A stretch of DNA of 64,000 nucleotides, taken from contig JBBTRV010000004.1 of the NCBI GenBank assembly GCA_038065035.1, positions 51,798 to 115,797 on the forward strand, in the 5' to 3' direction. The notes beneath the pieces are model-generated. The model ran no database searches, was not told where the DNA came from, and was given only the letters and a program-made list of their open reading frames with translations. The position numbers and the translations under genes are program-made. Of the stretch, positions 1 to 10,523 are shown piece after piece; position 1 is the first letter of the stretch; every line of letters begins with the position of its first letter. This DNA is from Patescibacteria group bacterium (GTDB taxonomy: Bacteria > Patescibacteriota > Minisyncoccia > UBA6257 > UBA9933).

Positions 1-2
1 TT

Positions 3-224
3 TGGCGTGAAACAAAAAAGTTACACGAATTCAATATCGTATCAGAGTTATTAAAACCGACTACTGCCGCTCTGATAATGGGATTTTTCGCATATTTTTT
101 AAAAGTTTTGGGAGTCCATGTTTTGGCAAATATTATAATTTCCGGAGTATTTTATTTTTTATGTATTTATTTTTTAAAAGAAAAGATTTTGGAAGAAATT
201 TTTGTAGTGTTTAGAAATAAATAA
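3..224 (+). CDS. 3' end of Wzx-type flippase (partial)
   Basis: Frame 3 reads WRETKKLHEF..AALIMGFFAYFLKVLGVHVLANIIISGVFYF..KEKILEEI..*; aligns by eye with the C-terminus of the flippase at 11755-13221. Confidence 0.8.
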   Translation, partial: WRETKKLHEFNIVSELLKPTTAALIMGFFAYFLKVLGVHVLANIIISGVFYFLCIYFLKEKILEEIFVVFRNK

Positions 225-264
225 AAGCACTTCATTATTTGAGAATATGAAATAGAATAAATAT

Positions 265-1224
265 ATGGAAAAAAATAGTATTAGAGAAATTATCGTATGT
301 AATAATTGTCGAGGGGATCTTCTCTGGGATAATGGGTTTGTTTTATGTATTGAATGTGGTAGTAAATTTTTTATTAAAGATGGAGTTATCCAGTTTTTAA
401 AAAAGAAGAATGAATTTTATGAAGGTGTATACATTCGTCAAATAAAATATATTCCTCAGAAAAATTTTTTAAAAAATTGGTTTTTTTTTAATCTTGTTCA
501 ATCCGGCGTATTGGGTGAAATAAGAAAAGTACTTTGCCCAGGCGGTAAAGCTTTGGATATCGGCTGTGGCGGGGGAATAAAATGGCTTGGAATTTATGCG
601 GAAACCATAGGTATGGATTTTTCTCAGAAGTCACTAGTGGAAGCAAAAAAGTGTTATTCAGAAGTAGTGAGGGGAAATATCCAAAAAATGCCATTTCATA
701 GCGCTTCGCTTAATTTGGTTTATGGCAGTTATATTTTTGAACACTTATCGGCGGAACAAAAAGATATTTTTTTGTCGGAAGTTTTGAGAGTCCTTAAGCC
801 AGGTGGCGCATGCGTATTGCAGTTTGATACGTTATCTGACAATTGGATCACTCGATTTGCATTGCGAGATCAAGAGGCTTATAAAAAAGGATTTATAGAT
901 ATAGATGGGCATATAGGACTTGAGCCACTTTCTGTTGGGATAAAAAGAATAGAACAATCAGGCATGGATATAACCAGAGTTGTTAAATTTGGGACAACTT
1001 TTTTGCAATATCAAGCGACATATAATTGGCTAAATATTTCTTATGGAGATGAGTATGTGTGGATTAAATATCTTTCTATGTTTGTAAATTGGATTTTAAA
1101 TAAGCGTATCGGGATAGCGTTTGAATTTTTCGTTACAGCGGTAGATATGCTAATAAACCCATTTTCAAAAATAGATTTAGCAACTCGTGCCATCGTTGTT
1201 GCCGTAAAGCCGAAACGGGTTTAA
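265..1224 (+). CDS. Class I SAM methyltransferase with N-terminal Trm112-like Zn ribbon
   Basis: CNNC..CIEC at N-terminus, motif I LDIGCGGG, FEHL and LRVLKPGG. Confidence 0.85.
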   Translation: MEKNSIREIIVCNNCRGDLLWDNGFVLCIECGSKFFIKDGVIQFLKKKNEFYEGVYIRQIKYIPQKNFLKNWFFFNLVQSGVLGEIRKVLCPGGKALDIGCGGGIKWLGIYAETIGMDFSQKSLVEAKKCYSEVVRGNIQKMPFHSASLNLVYGSYIFEHLSAEQKDIFLSEVLRVLKPGGACVLQFDTLSDNWITRFALRDQEAYKKGFIDIDGHIGLEPLSVGIKRIEQSGMDITRVVKFGTTFLQYQATYNWLNISYGDEYVWIKYLSMFVNWILNKRIGIAFEFFVTAVDMLINPFSKIDLATRAIVVAVKPKRV

Positions 1225-1267
1225 TCTTAATAAGCTATAGATTGTATATTATTTATAGAATATTCCA

Positions 1268-2293
1268 ATGTATAAACTGCTTATTTCAATATGTATCCCT
1301 AGTTATGACAGGCCACAGACTTTACATCGATTGTTAAAATCGGTGGATGTTGACGATGTTGATAATTTAGAAATTGTAATTTGTGAAGATTTTAGCCCCA
1401 AAAGAGAAGAGATAAGAAAAATAGTGGAAAAATTTAAAAAAGATTCAAAATACGCGGTGAATTATATTGAAAATAAAGAAAATTTAGGATATGACAGAAA
1501 TCTTAAAGAATTAATAAAAAATGCAAAAGGCGAATGGATTATTTTCATGGGCGATGATGATATTTTTATTCCATGCGCGTTAAATAAATTCATTTTATTT
1601 TTAAAAGAGCATAATAATTTAGGATATGTATTGCGGGCGCATGATACGGTTCATGAGAATGGCCAGATTGAAAAATTCCGGTATTACGCTAGCAATAAAT
1701 TTTTCGAGCCGGGCGCGGAAACGTTTGCTGAAATTTTGCGTAAAAGCGTTTTTATATCAGGTTTTACGATTAAAAGAGATTTAGTATTGCCCTATTTGGC
1801 GGTTGACGATTTTGACGCTACAGCGCTTTTTCAGATTTATCTTTTAGGAGAGGTGATTATGAAAAACAAATCCGCTTATTTTGACGAACCATTGACGCAA
1901 GAAATGGAAAAAAGAGATTATCGCAAGGATGAAAAACATTTTGACCGTAAAATCAAGAAATTTATTCCCAGGCAAATCACTTTGGACGTTTCTATTTCTT
2001 TTTTAAGCGGGTATGCTAAAATTACGGAATTTATTGATAAAAAATACGGAGTAAATAGCACTGACCTATTTAAAAAAGACATGTCCAAATATTTTTACCC
2101 GAGTTTGTCCGTGCATCGGGACAAAGGATTGAAAACGTTTATGCGATACGTGAAAATGGTAAATAAGCTGGGCTATAACATAACGATTTATTATTATTTG
2201 TATATTATTTTTCTTGTTGTTTTCGGCAGAAAAATTTGCGATTACGCTATTACGATGATTAAAAAAATATTAGGCAGAACTCCAAGATTATGA
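1268..2293 (+). CDS. GT2 glycosyltransferase
   Basis: ISICIPSYDR, ENLGYDRN, GDDD motifs. Confidence 0.9.
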   Translation: MYKLLISICIPSYDRPQTLHRLLKSVDVDDVDNLEIVICEDFSPKREEIRKIVEKFKKDSKYAVNYIENKENLGYDRNLKELIKNAKGEWIIFMGDDDIFIPCALNKFILFLKEHNNLGYVLRAHDTVHENGQIEKFRYYASNKFFEPGAETFAEILRKSVFISGFTIKRDLVLPYLAVDDFDATALFQIYLLGEVIMKNKSAYFDEPLTQEMEKRDYRKDEKHFDRKIKKFIPRQITLDVSISFLSGYAKITEFIDKKYGVNSTDLFKKDMSKYFYPSLSVHRDKGLKTFMRYVKMVNKLGYNITIYYYLYIIFLVVFGRKICDYAITMIKKILGRTPRL

Positions 2294-3195
2294 AAACGGA
2301 AAGTTTTTTAATGCGCTTTTTTAAAAGAAATGGTCTTGATTCAATTGCTTGGTCATTAAGAAGAATTTATTGTCCAGTTAAGAAAACTGATTTAGTTCTT
2401 GAAGTTGGCAGCGGCGGCAATCCTTATTTTAGGGCCAATATCCTTTGCGACGCTTATTTTGAAACTCAAGAGAGATTTTTTGTTCCTTTAATTTATGACA
2501 GGCCGACAATAATCGCGTCCGCTGAAAATTTGCCTTTTAAGAATGACGCGTTTGATTTCGTGATTGCCTCGCATGTTTTAGAACATTCAACAAACCCTAA
2601 AAAATTTTTAGAGGAGATACAAAGAGTGGGGAAGGCCGGCTATATAGAAGTACCTGATGCTTTTATGGAAAGATTAACGCATTATACTTTTCATAGGACT
2701 GAGATAACCGAAAGAAATGGAGAACTATTAATTAGAAAAAAGAAAAATTTTATTCAAGATAAAGAATTAGTCGAACTTTTTGATTATAAGGCCAGTAGGG
2801 TTTTCCCCGAGCTAATTTCTAGGCACCCTTTTCATTTTCATGTTAGATATTATTGGAGAAAGGATGAAGGAGGAATAAGATTTGGGATGATTAATCCCGA
2901 ATATAAATTTGATTGGGATTTTCCGGTCACTAATAAAAATGTGGTTAAAAACAAATTCAATTTAAATAATTTTTTAAAGAAACAAATTCTTTTGCTTTTA
3001 CGAATATTATTTTCTCAAAATAAGAGAAATAAAGACATAAATATAATTAAATTAATGATGTGTAATAAATGTAAAGAGAATAATAGTATTGAATTAAATA
3101 AAGAGAAAGCGAGTGTTAATTGTAGGATTTGCGGAGAAAAATATGTTGTTTATGGAATAAAAAATAATTCATGGAACATAATGCTTCAATTTTAG
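2290..3195 (+). CDS. SAM methyltransferase (type 11) with C-terminal Zn ribbon
   Basis: LEVGSGG, LPFKNDAFD, SHVLEH; CNKC..CRIC at C-terminus. Confidence 0.8.
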   Translation: MKTESFLMRFFKRNGLDSIAWSLRRIYCPVKKTDLVLEVGSGGNPYFRANILCDAYFETQERFFVPLIYDRPTIIASAENLPFKNDAFDFVIASHVLEHSTNPKKFLEEIQRVGKAGYIEVPDAFMERLTHYTFHRTEITERNGELLIRKKKNFIQDKELVELFDYKASRVFPELISRHPFHFHVRYYWRKDEGGIRFGMINPEYKFDWDFPVTNKNVVKNKFNLNNFLKKQILLLLRILFSQNKRNKDINIIKLMMCNKCKENNSIELNKEKASVNCRICGEKYVVYGIKNNSWNIMLQF

Positions 3196-3914
3196 ATATA
3201 GGGTATTTTCTTGGGGAATATGGGAAAAATAAAAGCTTAAAATTGCTGGATATAGGATGCTTGGATGGGAAAAAAGTGTTAAAATTTCTTGCTAAAGAAG
3301 AATTTAAGGAAATTGCTTATGTGGGGTTGGATTCTGTTTATTGGGACGAAAATGTTAGCAAAAAACCCGTTTCTTCGGAATGGAAAATTTTTACATATGG
3401 AGATGCTTGTAATTTGCCTTTTCCAGACAAAAAATTTGACCTCATAGTTCTTTCACATGTTTTTGAGCATATTCAAGATAGCGAAAGACTTTGTTTTGAA
3501 ATTAATCGTGTTATAAAAAGGAAGGGAAAAATTCTTGTAATTGTGCCGCTTGAAAAAGGAGGCATTATCGGCTTTATAAATCGCAACCGGAATTTGTGGA
3601 AATATATAAGAATTATTTTAAATAATTTAAGAATTTTCCCTTATCATGTAATTTCTCCTCATGTTAATTTTAAATCACACGAAGAATATAAAAAATTTTT
3701 TGCGAAGAAATTTAATGTTATTGAAAGTTATACAAGAGGAAGTTTTTGGATGTTATTTATTTTGGTTTTACATGAAAATCTCATGGGGTTCGGACGGCAA
3801 AAAATAAATTTATTAGAATTAATCAAAAATTGTTTTCCACGATTTTTCCGTAATACTTATAAAAAAAATATATATTTTAAAATAAACGCTGTTTTTGTTT
3901 TAGAGCCAAAATAA
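3171..3914 (+). CDS. SAM methyltransferase
   Basis: LLDIGCLDG, LPFPDKKFD, SHVFEH. Confidence 0.8.
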   Translation: MEHNASILDIGYFLGEYGKNKSLKLLDIGCLDGKKVLKFLAKEEFKEIAYVGLDSVYWDENVSKKPVSSEWKIFTYGDACNLPFPDKKFDLIVLSHVFEHIQDSERLCFEINRVIKRKGKILVIVPLEKGGIIGFINRNRNLWKYIRIILNNLRIFPYHVISPHVNFKSHEEYKKFFAKKFNVIESYTRGSFWMLFILVLHENLMGFGRQKINLLELIKNCFPRFFRNTYKKNIYFKINAVFVLEPK

Positions 3915-3918
3915 ATCA

Positions 3919-5247
3919 ATGAAAACATTTTCTAAATTTTTAAATAAAATAAATTTTTCCGGTTTTGACTTTTTCTCTCTCGGGAACTCCGCTATTCTTT
4001 ATTATTTCTTAATTTTTTATTTAAAGCCGATTTCGGAGTTTTTGGGCATTTCCGAAGATTTAATTGATAATAAATTTGTTCATTATAAAATTATTTTTTA
4101 TATAACTATTGGTTTTATTTTTTTAATTATCGGCTATTTTAGTCAAATTCATTCCATTATTTTAAGAAAATCTTCAAATTTTTTGAAGCAGAAATGGGAT
4201 TTTAACAAGGCGCTTTGGATATTTGCCGGCGTTTTTATTTTAAGTTTAATTGTAAAGGCAATAAGAATTTTTGGCGGCGGATATTCTCACTTGTATCAAA
4301 ACCCGCTTTTTATTAAAAATCATTTTTATAATTTAGTTGGCTTGCTGGATTGGCTGGCTTATATTGCTTTAATTATTGCTTTCGCTAGTTATTTTTCTCT
4401 TAGAAAAGATAATGATGAGCGATATAAAATTTGGCGCTTTATCGCTTGGGGAACTCTTATTATTGAAATAATTTATGCGTTGCCTTCTTGCAGTAGGATG
4501 CCGGTTATTATACCGATATTGCTTTATTTGATTATTCGATGGCATATTTTTGAAAAAAAATATCTGAAAACTGTAACAATTTTATTCTTTTCTATTCTTT
4601 TCTTATTTCCTTTTGGGAGTATTTGCCGTCTTCCCGCTTATACTGATTTAACTCATAAGCAAGTTATTCAACTTACTATTGGCAATAATATTATCTCTGG
4701 CGAAAATAAACAAACTATCACCTCCACTATTTATTATGCCGGCAATTTTGTGATTAAGAGTTTTTTCTTAAGGATAGATCAGTCAGCTATTTTTTCTGGA
4801 GTTATTAAATATTATCAATCTTTTTCGCATGGAGCGACATTTCGCGAGCTTTTATTTGTTTTTGGACCGCCTAGATTTTTATGGAATAATAAGCCTCCTA
4901 GTATGAACGTCGACGGAAACTCATTTGGCCATAAAATACATATTTTATCTGATAACGATTTTAAAACTAGTGTAGGTCCTACGGTATTAGGCGATTGGTA
5001 TATTAATTTTGGATTAGTCGGGATTATTTTTGGGATGTTTTTTATGGGCGCGCTTTTTCGTTTAATTTATGAATATTTAATTAAAATGACCGAAGTTTCG
5101 CTTTCGGGAGTTATGATTTATAGCGTTTTATGGATTCAGATTATTAAAGGCATGGAAGACTGGATTGCGCCAGTTTACGTAGGTATTATTAGAATAACAG
5201 TTATTTTGATAATTATTCACTTTTTATTAATAAAAAAAACTAAATGA
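3919..5247 (+). CDS. Wzy-like polysaccharide polymerase
   Basis: About 10 hydrophobic segments, PRFLW..KP loop, GDWYINFG, inside glycan locus. Confidence 0.7.
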   Translation: MKTFSKFLNKINFSGFDFFSLGNSAILYYFLIFYLKPISEFLGISEDLIDNKFVHYKIIFYITIGFIFLIIGYFSQIHSIILRKSSNFLKQKWDFNKALWIFAGVFILSLIVKAIRIFGGGYSHLYQNPLFIKNHFYNLVGLLDWLAYIALIIAFASYFSLRKDNDERYKIWRFIAWGTLIIEIIYALPSCSRMPVIIPILLYLIIRWHIFEKKYLKTVTILFFSILFLFPFGSICRLPAYTDLTHKQVIQLTIGNNIISGENKQTITSTIYYAGNFVIKSFFLRIDQSAIFSGVIKYYQSFSHGATFRELLFVFGPPRFLWNNKPPSMNVDGNSFGHKIHILSDNDFKTSVGPTVLGDWYINFGLVGIIFGMFFMGALFRLIYEYLIKMTEVSLSGVMIYSVLWIQIIKGMEDWIAPVYVGIIRITVILIIIHFLLIKKTK

Positions 5248-6428
5248 AAATTCTTCACATAGTCCCGACTTATTTTCCGGCTCATCGCCAAGGCGGGCCG
5301 ATTAAAAGCGTTCACGAATTAAATAAGGGATTGGTTAAATTGGGAACTGATATAACCGTTTATACAACAAATATGGACGCGTCCGGATTTTTAAATGTTC
5401 CGCTTAATCAGGAAGTTAATGTCGATGGTGTAAAAGTTTTTTATTTTCCAATTACATTTAGATTATGGCAATATTCTTTTGCTATGAAAAAAGCACTGGC
5501 GAAAAATGTTGAAAATTTTGATTTAATACATATTACATCTGTTTTCCTTGCGGTTTCAACATTGGGAACTTATTATGCTAAAAGATTTAATAAGCCTTAT
5601 GTTATTTCTCCGCGAGGCAGTTTTATGTTAGAGCCGCTTAAATTTAGCTTTCTAAGGAAGAAAATTTATATAAATTTAATTGAAAAAATAAATTTAGCCG
5701 GCGCTGATGCGATTCATTTTACCGTTGAAAAAGAAAAAGAAGATTATTTGAAATTAAGATTACCTTTAAAGAAAGCTATGATTATTCCTAATAGCATAGA
5801 TGTTGGCGATAAAAAGAAAATTGTTTCGGGGAGTTTTAGAAAAAAGTTTAAAATTTCTGACAGCGCAAAAATTGTGCTTTTTATGGGGCGACTGCATAAA
5901 ATAAAGGGTTTAGATATTTTGATTTCGGCTTTTAGCGAGATAGTTAAAAAAGAGCCGAACTTGGTTTTGGTTTTAGCCGGACCGGACGACGAAGGGTACG
6001 GAAAAAATCTCAAATCTCAAATCTTAAATCTTAAAATTGACGATAAAGTTTTATTTACTGGAATGTTGATAGGAGACGATAAAATCGCGGCTTATCGCGA
6101 AAGTGATGTTTTTGTTTTGCCGTCTTATTCGGAAAATTTCGGAATGTCGGTAGTGGAGGCAATGGCAATAGGTTTGCCCGTTGTGATTACAAAAGGCGTC
6201 GGAATTTCTCCTAATGTTGAGCGCGTCGGCGCCGGAATTGTGATCAAAAAAGACGAGAAGCAATTAACAGCAGCGATTTTGAAGATTTTAAATAATTCGG
6301 AATTAGCAAAAAAAATGGGCGGAAACGGCAGAAAATTAGTTGAAACCGAATTTTCCAGCGATAAAGTGGCTAAAAAATTTATTAAAGAATATAATGAGAT
6401 GATCGCCAATTATGAAAGCCCCAATTAG
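5244..6428 (+). CDS. GT4 glycosyltransferase
   Basis: GRLHKIKG, SYSENFGMSVVEAMA. Confidence 0.9.
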   Translation: MKILHIVPTYFPAHRQGGPIKSVHELNKGLVKLGTDITVYTTNMDASGFLNVPLNQEVNVDGVKVFYFPITFRLWQYSFAMKKALAKNVENFDLIHITSVFLAVSTLGTYYAKRFNKPYVISPRGSFMLEPLKFSFLRKKIYINLIEKINLAGADAIHFTVEKEKEDYLKLRLPLKKAMIIPNSIDVGDKKKIVSGSFRKKFKISDSAKIVLFMGRLHKIKGLDILISAFSEIVKKEPNLVLVLAGPDDEGYGKNLKSQILNLKIDDKVLFTGMLIGDDKIAAYRESDVFVLPSYSENFGMSVVEAMAIGLPVVITKGVGISPNVERVGAGIVIKKDEKQLTAAILKILNNSELAKKMGGNGRKLVETEFSSDKVAKKFIKEYNEMIANYESPN

Positions 6429-7200
6429 CGTCATTATTTTAACTTATAACGAAGAAATTCATATTGAGCGGTTGTTAAAAAATATCGCTGATTTTGCGGA
6501 TGAAATTTTTATTGTTGATTCTTATTCAACAGATAAAACTTTAGAAATAGCTAAAAAATATGGTGTAAAAATTATTCAACATGAATTTGAAAATCAAGCT
6601 CAGCAATTTAACTGGGCTTTGGATAATTTAGAAATCAAAAACGAGTGGATTTTGCGACTTGATGCCGACGAGTATTTGACTCCCGAACTGAAAAAAGAGA
6701 TTAAAGAAAATTTTTCTGCTACGGTTAATGGTTATTATATGAAGCGTCGAGTTTATTTTATGGGGCGGTGGATAAAACATGGCGGTTATTATCCGACTTG
6801 GATTTTGAGATTATTCAGAAAAGGCAAGGCGCGTTCCGAACAAAGAAAAATTGATGAACATATAGTTTTATTGGAGGGTAAGACTGGGAGATTTAAAAAT
6901 GATTTTGCTGACGAAAATAAAAAAGATCTAACTTTTTGGATTGAAAAACATAATAATTATTCTTCCAAGGAAGCAACTGATGTTTTGATTGGGAATTATG
7001 GAAGGGGTTGTAAAAAATATTATTATCGCTTGCCGATCTTTTTCCGCGTATGTGTTTATTTTTGTTATCGCTATTTTATAAGATTAGGATTTTTAGACGG
7101 CAAAGAAGGTTTAATTTTTCATTTTTTGCAGGGATTTTGGTATCGTTTTCTAGTTGATGCGAAAATTTATGAAAAGCGAAAGATTAATAAAAACACTTAA
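6412..7200 (+). CDS. GT2 glycosyltransferase
   Basis: ISVIILTYNEE, DSYSTDKT, LDADE. Confidence 0.9.
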   Translation: MKAPISVIILTYNEEIHIERLLKNIADFADEIFIVDSYSTDKTLEIAKKYGVKIIQHEFENQAQQFNWALDNLEIKNEWILRLDADEYLTPELKKEIKENFSATVNGYYMKRRVYFMGRWIKHGGYYPTWILRLFRKGKARSEQRKIDEHIVLLEGKTGRFKNDFADENKKDLTFWIEKHNNYSSKEATDVLIGNYGRGCKKYYYRLPIFFRVCVYFCYRYFIRLGFLDGKEGLIFHFLQGFWYRFLVDAKIYEKRKINKNT

Positions 7201-7253
7201 AATTTCCACAAAAAATTGACTATTTATTGATTATTTTGTTTAATTATAAAGAT

Positions 7254-8300
7254 ATGGAACAAAATTATAAACAGCAATTGAAAGGTAAAACCATCTTAAT
7301 AACCGGCGGCACTGGTTCTTTTGGCAACGCCATGGTGGATAAGCTTTTGGCGTTAAATGTTAAAAAAGTCATTGTTTTCAGCCGCGACGAAAAAAAGCAG
7401 TTTGATATGGGTAATAAATATAATAGTGATAAGCTTAAATTCATTACTGGCGATGTCAGGGACCGCGATGAAGTTTCTCATGCCATGAACGGCGTTGACT
7501 ATGTCTTTCACGCCGCCGCTTTAAAGCAAGTGCCAAACTGCGAATTTTTCCCTTGGGAAGCGATTAAAACTAATACGCTCGGCGCGCATAATGTCATCGA
7601 TATGGCAATTAAAAGCGAAGTGAAGCGGGTGGTTATTTTAAGCACTGATAAAGCGGTTTATCCTATTAACGTGATGGGAATGACCAAAGCTTTAATGGAA
7701 AGGATTATGATTGCTATTTCGCGGGAAAAAAGAGGAAAAACTATTTTATGCGGCACTCGCTATGGCAATGTAATGCATACCCGCGGTTCGGTTATTCCGT
7801 TTTTTATTGATTTAATGAAGATTAATGAGCCTTTAAAAATTACCGATAAAAATATGACGCGTTTTATGATGCCCTTGAACCAATCAGTTGATTTAGTGCT
7901 TTATGCATTGACGAATGGCCGACCGGGCGAAATTTATGTTCGCAAATCGCCGGCTGCTGCTATCGGTGATTTAGCTAAAGCGATGGCAGAGCTTTTTAAT
8001 TATAAAAAAGGAATTAAAGAAGTGGGTGTCCGGCCGGGTGAGAAATTGCACGAAACTTTGATTTCCAGCGAAGAATCAGTCAGGACGATTGATTGCGGTG
8101 ATTATTATAAAATAATGCCGGAGGTTCCCGGTATGGATTATCGGGAGTATTATTTGGGTGAAGAATATCCTTCTAGTGGTTTGTCGAATGAAGGTTATAC
8201 TTCTGCCAATACAAAAAGACTTTCAGTTGAAGAAATAAAAAAACTTTTGCTTTCATTAGATGAAATTAAGCAAGAACTTAAAAATTGGAATAACCGGTAG
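7254..8300 (+). CDS. fnlA: UDP-GlcNAc 4,6-dehydratase/epimerase (FnlA/CapE/WbjB type)
   Basis: TGGTGSFG, HAAALKQVP, STDKAVYPIN, TRYGNV, RPGEKLHE; ATG 7254 preferred as start. Confidence 0.85.
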   Translation: MEQNYKQQLKGKTILITGGTGSFGNAMVDKLLALNVKKVIVFSRDEKKQFDMGNKYNSDKLKFITGDVRDRDEVSHAMNGVDYVFHAAALKQVPNCEFFPWEAIKTNTLGAHNVIDMAIKSEVKRVVILSTDKAVYPINVMGMTKALMERIMIAISREKRGKTILCGTRYGNVMHTRGSVIPFFIDLMKINEPLKITDKNMTRFMMPLNQSVDLVLYALTNGRPGEIYVRKSPAAAIGDLAKAMAELFNYKKGIKEVGVRPGEKLHETLISSEESVRTIDCGDYYKIMPEVPGMDYREYYLGEEYPSSGLSNEGYTSANTKRLSVEEIKKLLLSLDEIKQELKNWNNR

Positions 8301-9033
8301 TCAAGGATTTATCGGCGGTCATATTGCAGTGGTTTTGAAAAATCAAGGCGTAAAATTGTCTTTTTTTGATTTGCCAAAGAATGATTTGTTGAAGCCGGGA
8401 AAGAATCTTGAAAATTTTATTAAGGATAAAGATGCGATATTTCATACTGCGGCTGTAAATCGCGGAACTGACACCGAAATAATTGTCGGTAGCGTTGTTT
8501 CAACTTATAATTTAATTTCAGCGATTGAAAAATTAAAAAAGAGGCCGAAATTGATATTTTTATCTTCGATTCAGGCCGAAACAGAAACTTTGTATGGCAA
8601 AAGCAAGCGATTAGCTGAAATAATGCTTGAAGATTTTTCTAAAAAAAATAAAATTCCAGTTGTCATTTTTAGATTAACAAATGTTTTTGGAGAAGGCTGT
8701 AAACCATTTTATAATTCCGTTGTCGCTACATTTTGTTATCAAGCGGCAAACGGCAAAGAATTAACCGTTAATCCGGAAAGCAGAAACAAAAAAATAAACC
8801 TTATTTACGTGAAAAACGTGGCTAGTGAAATAGTAAAAGAAATAAGTTGCCGGCGAAATAATAATTTTTACCTAAAAAATATTAATTCAAAAAACGAAAT
8901 TTCAATTGGCGATTTGGCAAAATTGATTCAATCATTTAAAAATCAGCAAAAATTAAAATCCCTACTTGCTGGTAAGCAAGGAAAATTTTATAAAGATTTA
9001 TATAAAACATATTTATCATATGTTGAAAAATAA
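8260..9033 (+). CDS. NAD-dependent reductase domain of FnlB/CapF (split gene, N-part)
   Basis: TGSQGFIG, SSIQA, YGKSK, NVFG..CKPFYNSVVATFC. Confidence 0.8.
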   Translation: MKLSKNLKIGITGSQGFIGGHIAVVLKNQGVKLSFFDLPKNDLLKPGKNLENFIKDKDAIFHTAAVNRGTDTEIIVGSVVSTYNLISAIEKLKKRPKLIFLSSIQAETETLYGKSKRLAEIMLEDFSKKNKIPVVIFRLTNVFGEGCKPFYNSVVATFCYQAANGKELTVNPESRNKKINLIYVKNVASEIVKEISCRRNNNFYLKNINSKNEISIGDLAKLIQSFKNQQKLKSLLAGKQGKFYKDLYKTYLSYVEK

Positions 9034-9394
9034 AAAATTAGAAATCAAAAGCGATGAAAGGGGAAGTTTCATTGAGGTCTTTAAAATTCCTGAGTTTGGG
9101 CAAGTTTCTTATTCCACAACAAAGCCGGGCGTTATAAGAGGAAATCATTATCACACAAGAAAAAAAGAAATTTTTTGCGTAATAGAAGGCGAGGCGAAAA
9201 TCCGCCAAAGAAACCGCGAAATCAATGAAATTGAAGAAAAAATCGTTTCTGGCGCGCTTCCGGAACTGGTTGAAATGAAATTAAATTGGACACATAATAT
9301 ACAAAATATAGGAAACAATGAAATGAAGCTTTTAATTTGGATAAGTGAAGTTTTTGATCAAAATAATCCAGATACTTTTTATGAAGAAGTCTAA
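9020..9394 (+). CDS. Cupin sugar epimerase domain of FnlB/CapF (split gene, C-part)
   Basis: DERGSFIE, GQVSYSTTKPGVIRGNHYH, WTHNI, NPDTF. Confidence 0.8.
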   Translation: MLKNKKLEIKSDERGSFIEVFKIPEFGQVSYSTTKPGVIRGNHYHTRKKEIFCVIEGEAKIRQRNREINEIEEKIVSGALPELVEMKLNWTHNIQNIGNNEMKLLIWISEVFDQNNPDTFYEEV

Positions 9395-10523
9395 TGCTAA
9401 TAAGCTTAAAATAATGACGATTTTTGGCACTCGGCCGGAAATTATTCGGCTTAGCCGAGTTTTTGCCAAACTTGACCAATATGTCAATCACATTATGGTT
9501 CACACGGGCCAAAGCTATGATTATGAAATGAATCAGGTTTTTTTTGAGAATTTAAAAGTCCGTAAACCCGATTATTTCTTGGAAGTAAAATCAGAAACTT
9601 TGGGCGGCCAGATTGCTAAAATTATAGAGAAAAGCGAAGAAGTTTTAAAAAAGGAAATGCCGGACGCGGTTTTGATTTTAGGGGATACCAACAGCGCGCT
9701 TGCCGCGATAATCGCTAAAAGAATGAAAATCCCGATATTTCATATGGAGGCGGGTAATCGTTCTTTTGACGAGAACCTTCCCGAGGAAATTAATCGTAGG
9801 ATTGTTGACCATATCAGCGATATAAATTTATCATACAGCGAGAATGCCCGGCTTTATTTAATGAGAGAAGGAGTTCATCCGGGAACGATTTTTGTGACTG
9901 GTTCGCCGATGGCGGAAGTATGGGAAACTTATCGCGATGATATTAAAAAATCCCAAATTTTAAAAGAAATGAACCTTGAAAAAGGAAAATATTTTGTTGC
10001 GAGCATTCACCGCGAAGAAAATGTAGACAGCAAAGAAGCTTTAATGAAACTAATTGATTCATTAAACGCCGTTGCTGAAACATATAAGATGCCGATTATT
10101 ATGAGCACTCATCCGCGCACAAAAAACAGATTGGAAGAATATAATTTAAAAGCCAATAAATTAATTAATTTCCATAAACCTTTGGGTTATTTTGATTATA
10201 ATAATCTCCAGTTAAACGCTTTTTGTGTTTTGTCTGATAGTGGAACGATTTTAGAAGAATCATCAATTATGGGATTTCCCGCTATACAAACGAGAGTTAG
10301 TTCAGAACGTCCCGAGGGTTTTGATGAGGGAGTTTTAATTTTATCGGGACTTGATAAGGATATAATTTTACAGGCAGTTGATATCACGACTAAGCAAGCC
10401 GCGGACGGAGAGAAATTCAATATTCCGCGAAATTACCGCGACACTAATGTTTCTAGCAAAGTTTTGCGGTTAATTGTTGGCTTAACTAAAATCATTCAAG
10501 GCAAAAGAGGATATAAAAAATGA
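9381..10523 (+). CDS. fnlC: UDP-2-acetamido-2,6-dideoxy-L-talose 2-epimerase (FnlC/CapG/WbjD type)
   Basis: GTRPEIIRLS, HTGQSYD, GDTNS, HMEAGNRSFD, SDSGT. Confidence 0.85.
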   Translation: MKKSNANKLKIMTIFGTRPEIIRLSRVFAKLDQYVNHIMVHTGQSYDYEMNQVFFENLKVRKPDYFLEVKSETLGGQIAKIIEKSEEVLKKEMPDAVLILGDTNSALAAIIAKRMKIPIFHMEAGNRSFDENLPEEINRRIVDHISDINLSYSENARLYLMREGVHPGTIFVTGSPMAEVWETYRDDIKKSQILKEMNLEKGKYFVASIHREENVDSKEALMKLIDSLNAVAETYKMPIIMSTHPRTKNRLEEYNLKANKLINFHKPLGYFDYNNLQLNAFCVLSDSGTILEESSIMGFPAIQTRVSSERPEGFDEGVLILSGLDKDIILQAVDITTKQAADGEKFNIPRNYRDTNVSSKVLRLIVGLTKIIQGKRGYKK

